Shown here: positions 54,101-64,000 of the stretch, in pieces
Numbering within the stretch: the stretch's first letter is position 1
Layout: each line of letters starts with the position of its first letter
Source: Botryllus schlosseri
Taxonomy: Eukaryota
Direction of reading: 5' to 3'
DNA length: 64,000 nt
Assembly: GCA_051294905.1 (NCBI GenBank)
Contig: CM119372.1
Coordinates: 16,494,001 to 16,558,000, forward strand
Notes under the pieces: model-generated
What the model was told of the DNA's origin: nothing
The model's database searches: none
The model's input: the letters and a program-made list of their open reading frames with translations, nothing else
Program-made: the position numbers and the translations under genes

Positions 54101-55381
54101 CACCGATCCTGCAACATACATTTTTTAATGTCTTTTGTAAATAGTGCTTTTTGCCTTCATTCAATCGCGAATAAAAAGTTTAATATGCGTTCGTTATGGG
54201 TGAGACGTCGACTAGTCATAACAAGTGCTACTGAGTTGTTGACTGCTGGTGGAAAATTTTTGAGTTTCACTCACTGTCAGTAAGTTTTGGAAAGGTCGAA
54301 GGTAGCAAGATGCATGCATCTAGTTTATTCGTATCTCAACTACCGAGAGCAACTGTGCAATACATAGCAACACTGCTATACACGTTCTGTAGGTAGATAA
54401 TAACTTGGGCGGTTGCCATGTTGTACTATGGACTCTCGATGACAACATTAACAAAGGCAATATATTATGTCTGCAATGCCACCAACAGAAACGACTGCAC
54501 TACAGCAGACAGAAATCGTTACCAGCAGTGTTCACAAAGTCGGTCTTTCAGCTAATCAGTAGCTTATTATTACTGGCTTCAACCAATCAAGATTATTGGC
54601 TTCTGTTTGCCCGCCCACTTTATCGATTCTCCGCCCACTCGCCGACGGCTACTTTCAACCGCATTTAGACAAATCTTACCGGCTTTCCTGCGAGCTTCTT
54701 TCAGGCCCATGGTTGTTTTTAACAATAATCTACAGAATAAGCCATGGATACGCAGTATTCCAAACATTTTCCAAATTCCGAACAATCCTACTGTGCCACC
54801 ACTCCGCCCACCAGTGAAAATAAACTTCTGACACAACTAGTATCGGTTGAATATGAATAAAATAGGTCTACCATACTTTGGAATCAGGAAAGGAGGAACC
54901 TTTGTTCAAATCATAAAGTTACCGTATATTACCGGAATTGAAGAAGTCTGAAATTATAATTTTTACTGGAAATTACTCCGATTTGACTTCAAATCACCCG
55001 CTTGAACGTCCGCATAATATATTTTGCATCATTTATGGTGTTTTTTAGTAGCTGTCAAAGCTGAAAAGGTGGACATTTAGGCGTCCTCCAAGGAGATTTT
55101 CAATTCCTGAAACGGGATGAAAAATCCTTCTAAAGGAAGACGTATGGTAACCCTAAAATCTAATATATAATAATAACCATGTAATACAAACAATATGTAA
55201 TACGAATCACGAGGCCTACAATGGTCTAAGAAGAATTGACAGTAGCCAGAATATCTCGATTCAGGAGTCTGCTTACCTGATTACAACCCTGTGTAGTACA
55301 CACGATTTTTCCATTCCCTACTCTTGCGTCATCGTTCGATGTGTCAGAAGGTGGGGACGAAGATGAAGTAACTGTTGACAT
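33177..55381 (-). CDS. ATF2: ATF2/ATF7/CREB5-family C2H2 zinc finger + bZIP transcription factor; multi-exon
   Basis: Exons: 55277-55381 (M...CTTQGCNQ), 51555-51657 (TFNSAGELAVHKQKHQMTLKLGPAR), 49191-49306 (DQTPTPTKFL, MAPK sites), 48767-48868, 48562-48706, 44612-44831, 43565-43736, 43203-43324, 41373-41586 (ends DAKQ), about 40690-40788 (KLKQTL; donor ambiguous), 38553-38683 (KRMRFLERNRAAASR), 37153-37234 (CRAKKKQWVNGLE), 35311-35542 (LKQLLLAHRDCPIT), then 34452-34546 and 33177-33239 (C-terminal exons less certain). Phases are compatible. The symbol denotes the family; exact orthology is not resolved. Confidence 0.92.
37671..38395. mobile_element. hAT-like MITE, family M
   Basis: CAGAGGTCTCAAACACACGGCCCGC start; a related copy begins near 63630 and runs off the window. 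Confidence 0.6.
39222..39549. mobile_element. MITE, family E
   Basis: TIR TAGGGTCACC / GGTAACCCTA; TSD ACGTAAAT/ACATAAAT. Confidence 0.8.
41685..42477. mobile_element. Non-autonomous hATm-like element
   Basis: About 55-bp imperfect TIRs starting TAGGGTTGTCCAAAATTTGG; TSD GTGAATAC/GTGAATAT; terminus similar to the 52353 element. Confidence 0.75.
50054..50457 (+). mobile_element. MITE, family C, copy 3, with a nested Penelope-like fragment (50226-50390), inside a family J copy (about 49487-50611)
   Basis: TIR CAGTGGTTCTCAAAC; near-TSD GTCTAGAT/GCTTAGAT. Confidence 0.85.
50744..51362. mobile_element. Foldback (almost fully palindromic) MITE
   Basis: About 285-bp near-identical inverted arms starting TAGGGCGGTTCAAAAATAACC; perfect TSD CATCACAA. 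Confidence 0.93.
52353..54790 (+). mobile_element. Decayed hATm-like DNA transposon with a fragmented transposase
   Basis: Long imperfect TIRs (over 130 bp) starting TAGGGTTGTTC; TSD CTGTGCAA/CTGTGCCA; frameshifted ORF pieces 52772-54074 (RLPTIREVM, ARWMGTILY, LFYIPAW, VKVAYDAIERGVKL..LQAVEQHRK). Confidence 0.85.
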
Positions 55382-56013
55382 ATTTTCACTCAGATCTGCA
55401 TTATCCAGTCAAGCAAGCTCCGCATGCATAATATCATGGAATTGATACAGCTCACGATGGTCAAGATGGTCTGAGGTAATCAAGCTCAGGAACTAAACTG
55501 GTTTGAAACTCACAACTCCAAAGTTCCAATCAAATACTAACTGCTTTGCTATAACTATGGCAAAATAAAAAAGATACGGTATGTATTGAATTAGACTCTT
55601 ACACTTTATATATAACAGTCTCAACTGTAGCCATTATTTACAAATAATGGTAATCTTATTTAAATTACAAACCACAATAAGCTGTCAAATCCTCACACGA
55701 CGTAACTTAACCAACCTATAGATAGCTGCCGGGCACTGTGCGTATTCTACCAGTGAAATCAATGGATCGAAAGCTACTGATAGTGAAAATACATAATATG
55801 CATAGGATAAAACTAGCTAATGAAAATTATGAACTTTTGAGCTGAGTACTAAGTACTTGCGCAAAATACATCGGAGATCGGAGTGAACAGTGAAGGCTTG
55901 AAGGGCCATAACTTTTCTAGCAATAAAAAATCGAAAGTGTCATGTAGCGCGAACACGTTAATATCATCACTAAAATGAGCGACCACAATAATATGTGCTC
56001 TAGCTCCGTACTA

Positions 56014-56384
56014 TCAATCAATCAATGATTATATTTTCATCTGGAACACACACACAATATACAATGGGATATACAAGACACACAATGCGATGTGTTCCAA
56101 CCAACCAACCAGTCTGGGTCTCCTGAGCTGGCATTCACCTCGACCTATAGGACCCGATGTCCGATGTCACAGTCTTCTTCGATGTTATTCTTTCTTCGTC
56201 GGTTCTTTTTACAAGATGTTTCTTGCTCTTTTTCTTTCTTTATCTGGTCTTTTTTTCTGGGCTTTTTTGTCGCCGAACGGACAACGACACGCGGGACGAG
56301 GAGCCCAGAATAACAGTGACGGCGGGAATCGAGCCCAGGTCGCCTGCTTGGATGGCGCCGACGTTTACCACTACGCTATCTCCT
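56014..56384 (-). mobile_element. tRNA-Gly(TCC)-derived SINE, apparently full length
   Basis: Minus-strand head with A box TAGCGTAGTGG, GCCATCCAAGCAG arm and B box GGCTCGATTCCC; tail GATGAAAATATAA + (ATTG)n; flanking direct repeat CGTACTA (56007-56013, 56385-56391). Confidence 0.75.
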
Positions 56385-56703
56385 CGTACTAGGTCCAGAG
56401 GTGGTCGGTCAGTAGCGAAGTACTTCTACTTTTTTAAAGTACTTGAGTAGTTTTCCGCTACTTGGGTAGTTACTCAAGTAGATCAAATTTCCCGTTTCTT
56501 CTACTTCGTATTTTTTTGTTGTGATCTTACTTACTTACTTTTCGCTATTTTCAGTTTGTCAAGAAGAAGTAGTTTATTCCTACAATCAGGAAGACAGCCT
56601 GATGAAATTCGGGGCTGTTTTCACGGAGCATCAACATTTAATTTTCATTATAGTTGAGTAAAGCCCAGAATTTTCGTAGCGCTTCTCGCACAGTGGTATG
56701 GAG

Positions 56704-57693
56704 CAGTGTTGGGATGACTCGAGTCATGACTTGACTCGAGTCAGACTCGAGTCACCTTTTTCGTATGACTTGACTTGACTCGAGTCACTTTGCTAAAATG
56801 ACTTGACTTGACTTGACTCGGCGTATCAGAAATGTGGATTGACTCGTGACTCGGAGCTAAATTCACGAGTCAATTTCAAGTCATCAAGTAATCGGTGTCG
56901 ATAAAAATCACTCTATCTTGCATATGTTCGGATTGTTCGCGAAACGCTGATGTAAGAACCCGTGAGAGCGACCAATAATACAATGAACGTCCGTTTTACT
57001 GAGCCTCCATTGTTTTCTCACAAATAAATTGACCGCAAACGAAGTGATTGAAGCTTACAGCTTACGCTGTCGGAAACTAGTATAGTATATTAATTTTTAT
57101 AGCAGAATGTCTATTTCTGTTCTGTGTTCTAATAGCCTTAACAAAACTTCTTGTTTTATTGAAATTGAATTCGAATATAGTTTATGTAGTCGATCCTCAA
57201 CCATTGGCGCGGGCTCGAATTGTATCATATCAATTTGTAAATGGGTAATGTATTGCATGTTGTCAATTCGTTACTCTATTCTCTATTTTGACTGGTAACT
57301 ATAAACTAAGGCTATGCAATTACTTACGTAGTGAGCAGTTCTACGTATATGTGAGCGATACAGCGCCTACTTGCGTGTATATTTACTCTATATTCGTTCA
57401 TCGCTTCAAAATCAAGGACCACTCAATCTGTATTTCAGACAGCTAGCAAAATGCATCAGCAATGACGTAATCATGCCTCATAGTTCGAAAAGGCTACTTG
57501 ACTTGAATTGTGACTTGACTCGTGACTTGACTTGACTTGACTCGACTTGACTCGAGTCACCTCCAAAAATCGACTGACTTGACTTGACTCGAGTCACCTT
57601 CGAAAATCGATTGACTTGACTTGACTCGAGTCAAAATCTGCAATGACTCGAAATGACTCGTGACTCGAAGGTAGTGACTTGATCCCAACACTG
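56704..57693 (+). mobile_element. MITE, family A, copy 3
   Basis: TIR CAGTGTTGGGAT; perfect TSD GTATGGAG. Confidence 0.92.
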
Positions 57694-59913
57694 GTATGGA
57701 GTGACCAGTATGATTTCACGAAACTATTGGTGAATATAATTTAGGTAATGGGTTGCGTGGTTCCGTTCACACCGCATTGTCGCCCATATGAAATATTTCA
57801 TCACAGTATGGCCCGTCATAACGTTTGAAACGGATGTTTCGAAATCCAGCATTTACTTATCATATCGTAATCTAGCAGTCCATCTCGTGTCCTAATCTGG
57901 AAAAATGAACTCGGGACTTTTTCTTAGCTTTAGACCTGCTTTAGCAAACCACCTTTGAAATTTTTCTTGACTAAAGACATGAAATACATTTTACGCTTTT
58001 AGAAGTAGTATTTATATTTCTCTCTCAATTCCCATGCAGTATCCTACTTTGAGTTCTAATTAGTTTCACTTCTTTAGTCAGGAGAACATACATGTTGAAG
58101 TATAGAAGAAAGTGTAGTAATGCCTTTAATTTCCGGAAATAAAGCTACACAATATGGCATTTTTACGATCCACCATATTTTTATCAACGTGTACTAATCG
58201 TGCAAAGTGTTCACACAGTATCCGATACAACTTCTCCGTATTGCTGTCCGACTAAACAACAAGTCTTATAATATGGGGGAGTGCGCCATACCATGATATT
58301 TTCTAAAACAGGCAGTTTGAGTAAAGAATTCCGATCGTTTTCACAACTACTTACTTACTTGAATGGATTTAAAGTCAGTCAATTCTACTTCTACTTCAAG
58401 TAGTTTTAGGTTGCTGGAGGAAATACTTCTACTCGTTGAGAGAACTGAGAGAACGATTCTGTAAAGGGCAGTTGACACCTCCAGAAGATGTACAGTTGGA
58501 CCCAATTTGCACCAAATTTCATCGAGATCCACCCGAGGAACAGTGTCAAAATCCCCAACGTCCTTCCGAAAACTGTTTTAAAGAGTTCTATGCGCGCAAC
58601 CCGACACACGACAAAAACCGAGAAAAATCGTAATAATCGTAACAATCCTTGGTCTTAGATTAAGAAAAACTGCTTGGATTATATATTTTCATCCGCTCAA
58701 GACACACGAGACGCAAAAATGTGATGTAGCCTAGTAAACGAACAGATATGAGGAGACCGAAGCGACCAGTTATGCATCCATCTGGGTCTATTGTTTGATG
58801 AAACAGAGTTTTATCTTTATTTGACTGTATTTTTTACGCTCTCTTTGCTCGTCGATTCGATGTGAAAGACATCGGGTCTTTTTTCGGTGGTTTTTTATCG
58901 ACGTAGGAACGAGCGACACCGGGGTATTATGATCAAAACCACACACTATCATGTATTAGAGTAGACTTTGATGCTGACGCAAGATGCACCAGCACCTAAT
59001 GCCCAATAAATTTTATGGAGAATTACTGGGAATCGGGCATCGGACCCCCCACCCCCACCCCACCCCCCAAAAAAATCTAAAAATGAACTCGAATACTGAG
59101 TTTCTACACGCGGATTCACCAACGCCGAAACTCTATATCCATACAAATTTTCATCGAAATCCATCTGGAAGCTTATAATTTCAAAATTTTCCAACCCCAA
59201 CTCGATTGGATCGACTGGATTGATTATACAAAGGATTTGCCGTAAATCTAGGATTTAGTTACACGACTTTTTAGCCCATTCCCCGCGACTTTGATTGATA
59301 TTTCACTGATCCCTTGGATCTATTCCACCCAAGTTCTGTAAACCTGACCTCCGATAAATTGGAAAATATGGATCGAAAACTACAGCGACAAGATTTAGCA
59401 AAAATGAACAAGACGAGATGCATTGTGTGGGAATCGTTGCGTAGATTTATTTTGTCGGCAAAAATACAGCGAGAATGACAATATCATAAAACTTCACAAA
59501 GAAGGGTACACAGTACACACTTTCCTGATTCCATAGACTACTCAAAGTCGCTTCGACACCTTTCTATCTGTTCATTGTATCGCATTTTTGTGGTGTATGG
59601 AACTGATAAAAATTGCTAATATAGCCTACCAATGATGATGATGTTGCCTTAGGAAAAATAGTGTTTGTTCACACCCGTTTATCACCCCTGATACACGAAA
59701 CTAGAACCTTATACTCGTACTTGGCCTACACCACGGTATAAATCAAACACGAATTGTCAACCCAAATGATGCTTGCACGTAGGGAGGTAGAAAGATATAC
59801 ACGTAGGCACGCGGGATATAATTCCAAGTTGTTTATCTGTATAACCTATCAGTTAATATTTGCACAAGACAGATGACTGTTGCACGATAATAGAGCCATA
59901 TTTGAACTAAAAC

Positions 59914-59962
59914 TGTGTGTGTGTGTGTGTGTGAGTGAGTGAGAGAGAGTGTGAAAGAGAGA
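59914..59962. repeat. (TG)n/(GA)n compound microsatellite
   Basis: Read directly; adjacent to a MITE end AAGGTTGAGAACCACTG (ends 60039). Confidence 0.85.
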
Positions 59963-60149
59963 GGGGTGGGTGTGTGATCCGCGGGGGTCCGTTGCAGTCC
60001 AAAGGGGGTCCACGAAGACAAAAAGGTTGAGAACCACTGTCCTAGGCCAAGGTGAGTGTCTGATCTGATATGCGGAAACTAGAAATCGCAAAGTTTATGT
60101 ATCAGTTGCACTGCGGTCATTGCTCTGAATGTTTCAATGACTTCTTCAC

Positions 60150-60665
60150 CTCGGAATGAAAAGCGCACAAGTAGCCTACGACAAAGGCGCGTCCACGCCG
60201 TCCAATTATCACATGATCGACCGACAAGATCATCGCTATATCAAATATACCGGGCCTGACGTGTGGAACATTATCCCGCCGGCTATCCGACAGTCGACGA
60301 TCATGTCCAAGTCCATGTCCACATTCAAGTCGAAATACATGCAATTTCTACTAAATGACTACTAGTCCGTCCTCAAGATTACCGTACCCGGAACTGACCT
60401 TTCGATCTCGCCTTCCGTGACATGCCACCTCATCTCTGTCGCTTTCTTGTCTATATTATATATCTTCTTTTACTTTTCATTCAGTGTGCATGCGTCCTCT
60501 TTACGTCGCTTAGGCCAAGGGGGTCTCTGCTTTCAAGAACTGCTCCAAGTCACGATCGTTCCTATCTGATACCGAATACCGTGCATGCATATTTTCTGTA
60601 CCACCATCATTGCCGGTGTTCGTTATGTATTTTTTTTAAATGAAAATAAAGAATCTCTCTCTCTT
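60150..60665 (+). mobile_element. 5'-truncated CR1/L2-like LINE: end of ORF2 plus 3' UTR
   Basis: YIKYTGPDVWNIIPPAIRQS..MSTFKSKYMQFLL* resembles CR1/L2-group ORF2 C-termini; ends AATAAA + (CT)n. Confidence 0.8.
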
Positions 60666-61504
60666 CGCTTAAGAGTGTACGATCAAACTCATCAAGCGAG
60701 AAGCCGGGCGATATATACGATATATTGACAAATGATGAGCCTATAGGGTTGCATTTGGAACAAGAAGAATCAATTTAAAACAAACAAGCTTAAAACATGG
60801 CCCTTGTAAACAAGCCATAACCTCACGAATATTGAATTGTGACGTCACAATGGAAAGGCATTGACAACTGAAAATTAGGATAAATATGGCTCCTTTGTCG
60901 AAAAATGCTTCCGACCTCTGTCTTAAACGGGCCAATAAATATGTTTGGCCAGTTCTACTGACGGTCGGGGGTCATCATCATCAGAACATCCATTCTAAAC
61001 AAAGGATCCAAAACTACGTGCTAAATGTTGGACCGGGGTCGATTTCGAGGGTTCCAACCATTCCATATCGACTATCGTGTTCGTCGACTTTATCGGGTGA
61101 AAATCGTCCGTAGGCTCTACTACATGTTTTTTCGAAAGTATTTGCACAAGTATGATATAATAATACCAAAACTTATAAAAAATAAAAAAAAAACTGTTCT
61201 TTATAAAATGGCAATGCTTCAAAATTACATTCTATTATATTCTAAGCTTTAGGACACGTTTCAAAGCAATGTTTTTAAAATATCATTCGTATTCAATGCA
61301 ACCCTACATGAACCCAATCTTATATATAGTCTATCTATAGTGGATGAGCTGCGAAGTTCATATAGAGACCCGTTCGAAACACTTGCTGAAAATTTCACCT
61401 TGGTATCGATCAAACCGATGCAGCAACAAACAGGTTATCGTTATTTTGAACTAGCGCCCGTTAGTGGAAATAATTTTGTCAGTATTTGTTCCGAGATAAT
61501 AGTG

Positions 61505-61928
61505 TCACAATTTGGGGTGCTCGATATAGCTAAACTCTTTCCTCACTAAATCAACCCATGAAGGATCGTCCGGTGGATACAGAAATAGCCAAAGGCGTGC
61601 AAGCTGGTCATTCTTCAACGGCGAGGTATTCTTGATTTCAGCAACTTCGATGAAGCCGCATTTTTTGGTGAAATTTCTCGCTCGTTGGTGGTCGCACACG
61701 CAGTAGGCCAACGGGGGTTTCGGGTTTTTCAGTCCTGCTCGCCTCTTGCGTCGGACTATTTCGTCGCTCATCATTTTGACGGATTCCATTACAAATCTGG
61801 TGCCGATTCCTTTGCCGCGGTATCCGTCGTCGATGTTTTGAAACACGCCATGCATAAGAGTTGTGTTGACTTTATCCGCGACTTTCGACAGCTTCGGAAA
61901 ATATTGCGACCATTCCCATTCGTCTCGT
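61505..61928 (-). CDS. Terminal exon of a GNAT-family N-acetyltransferase-like protein
   Basis: ORF with acetyl-CoA motif A (IDDGYRGKGIGTRFV) and a motif-B-like segment (ARNFTKKCGF); AG acceptor at 61929-61930; stop at 61505. Confidence 0.7.
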
Positions 61929-62207
61929 CTGTTCAATTCAATGCGGTTTGGTCAGGCTAACGCAATAACTTCAGTTGGAAGTATAGTTTTGGTCGTACTC
62001 AGTATGCAATTATGGGGCAACAATATTAGCGATAAAGTCACACAATGACATCATCATAGCAGTGTTGGGATGACTCGAGTCACTTTTTCGTATGACTTGA
62101 CTTGACTCGAGTCACTTTGCTAAAATGACTTGACTTGACTTGACTCGGTGTATCAGAAATGTGGATTGACTCGTGACTCGGAGCAAAATTCACGAGTCAA
62201 TTTCAAG

Positions 62208-62628
62208 AGCTTCTTGGAGGTACAGAACTTCAATATACAATTAAATAGTATATTCATATTGAAATGAACCCGAATATTTTCGGCTGACACTCGTCAGGGG
62301 TAATCGTCAGCAACTAGTAGAGAATTGGAAAGAACATTGTATATCAACAATCGTATCACAAAATATGACGTCACCAGCATGAAATTTCGAATGAGAGAGC
62401 GTTCAATGTACTACTTTTTAGGTGATACACGAACTCCTTTTGTTGACAGAGTTTTGGTTGGTGTATTTTGATAAAAGTTGATTCCAAGGCACACAAATGG
62501 AATTGTGAACGGTGATATACAATGTTCTTTCCAATTCTCTACTAGTTGCTGACGATTACCCATAACGAGTGTCAGCCGAAAATATTCGGGTTCATTTCAA
62601 TATGAATATACTATTTAATTGTATATTG
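62208..62628. mobile_element. Penelope-like retroelement fragment with inverted arms
   Basis: About 115-bp inverted arms (62231-62346 and 62513-62628); 14-bp flanking duplication GAGTCAATTTCAAG (62194-62207, 62629-62642); hammerhead-like motif in the arms. Confidence 0.7.
62266..62301 (-). ncRNA. Minimal type I hammerhead ribozyme motif
   Basis: Minus strand ACCC-CUGACGA-GUGUCAGCC-GAA-AAUAUU-C-GGGU: intact core boxes, palindromic helix III, UUC cleavage triplet, helix I ACCC/GGGU. Confidence 0.65.
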
Positions 62629-63450
62629 GAGTCAATTTCAAGTCATCAAGTAGTCGATGTCGATAAAAATCACTGTGTCTTACATATGTTCGGATTGTTC
62701 GCGCAACGCTGGTGTAACCCGTGAGACCGACCAATCATTCAATGATCGTGCGTTTTACTGAGCCTCCATTGTTCTCTCGCAAATATATTGATCGCAAACG
62801 AAATGATCGAAGCTGACAGCCTCTGTTGTCGTAAACTATAGCATAGTAAAGTAATTTTGCAAAATGCTATTTCTGTTCTGTGTTCTTAACTTAGCCAAAC
62901 TTCTTGTTTTATTGAAATTGTATTCGAAAATAGTTTATATAGTCCTCAACCATTGGCGAAGGCTCAAATTGTATCGTATCAATTTGCAAAAGGGTAATGT
63001 ATTGCATCAATTCGTTTCACTATTCTCTATTTTGGCTGGTAACTATAAACTGTGGCTGTGCAATTACTTACGTAGTTTATTAGTTCTACTGATATGTGAG
63101 CGATACAGCGTCTTACTTGCGTGTATATTTACCTCTATATATTCGTTCATAGGTTCAAAATCAATGACCACTCAATCTGTATTTCAGACAGCTAGCAAAA
63201 TACAATGACGTAATCACGCCTCATACCTCGAAAAGGCAATTTGACTTGAATTGTGACTTGACTCGCGACTTGACTTGACTTGACTCGACTTGACTCGAGT
63301 CACCTCCGAAAATCGACTGACTTGACTTGACTCGAGTCACCTTCGAAAAACGATTGTCTTGACTTGACTCGAGTCAAAATGTGCAATGACTCGAAATGAC
63401 TCGTGACTCGAAGGTAGTGACTTGATCCCAACACTGCATCATAGTAATAC

Positions 63451-63572
63451 GCGGGAGAGGCAACATCGATTCTTGGGACTCTTGGCCCATTTTGGTGAAG
63501 TGGTACCACGTAATGTTATCGGGGCCCCGCGATGTTATTAAGTGTGCCTTCAACTTCAGCAAATACAGCCAA
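63451..63572 (-). CDS. Possible upstream exon of the GNAT-like gene (WLYLLKLKAHLITSRGPDNITWYHFTKMGQESQESMLPLP)
   Basis: Unique sequence between repeats, tacag acceptor, one open frame; donor and phase match to the next exon not resolved. Confidence 0.35.
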
Positions 63573-64000
63573 CTGTATACAGCGTAATAACATTACGGGC
63601 AATCCCCCCAAGAGTGTATCATATAGAGTGCATTTTGTGCGGCCCGCAACGGCATTTTGGAATTCCAAATATTCAACAATATATTAAAGTGCCATATATC
63701 TTTTTTAGATATAAGAACTTCAAGTTCACGCTAAAACTACTAGGAAAATCCCTGTAATCTCAACAAACTTCACCGTCACATCACTTTTAAAAGCTACCAT
63801 GCGGTGGAAGATCAGCTATTACGTAACATTTCTAGTTCATGATGATAAAGCATGACCCGTTGATGATTCGTGACTGAAAATTGTGATTTGGTTTGGTGCG
63901 ACCTTCTTGTAAAATTACTCGATTTCGGATTGATTGGGTGATTAAATAAAAATGACTGGAGTTGAGTCGGGTCAAACGTTAAAATCAGAGAAGGGCTTGC

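Larger units (their letters stand above)
62060..63436 (+). mobile_element. MITE, family A, copy 4, with a nested Penelope-like insertion
   Basis: TIR CAGTGTTGGGAT; perfect TSD CATCATAG. Confidence 0.92.

Noticed and set aside
56315..56390. Functional tRNA-Gly gene
   Set aside because: Acceptor and anticodon stems do not pair properly, and it is attached to a SINE body with a flanking repeat.
56700..56830. CRISPR-like or satellite array of GACTT repeats
   Set aside because: No repeat-spacer structure; these are MITE subterminal repeats in a eukaryote.

Overview
Eukaryotic animal genomic DNA (intron-rich, about 40% GC; an ascidian/invertebrate chordate is my low-confidence guess). Three spliced genes lie on the minus strand. 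(1) DNAJC10/ERdj5 (J domain plus thioredoxin domains): 15 exons from ATG 17648, running off the left edge. (2) An ATF2/ATF7/CREB5-family C2H2-bZIP factor: 14 coding exons, 55381 to 33177. (3) The last exon of a GNAT-fold acetyltransferase (61505-61928). Introns and the 18-32 kb intergenic block are packed with nested hAT-type elements with 8-bp TSDs, a pogo-like element, tRNA-derived SINEs, CR1/L2-like LINE tails and Penelope-like fragments. The strongest unusual signal is a hidden, diverged duplicate of DNAJC10 exon 5 that is itself split into two exons (13666-13726 and 13386-13462). It looks like a mutually exclusive one-exon versus two-exon switch that swaps half of thioredoxin domain 1. 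Also notable are a minimal hammerhead-ribozyme motif in a Penelope-like repeat and two transposons sharing a triplicated target site. All exon structures were read by eye from GT-AG sites, phase and recalled homology; none is transcript-verified.
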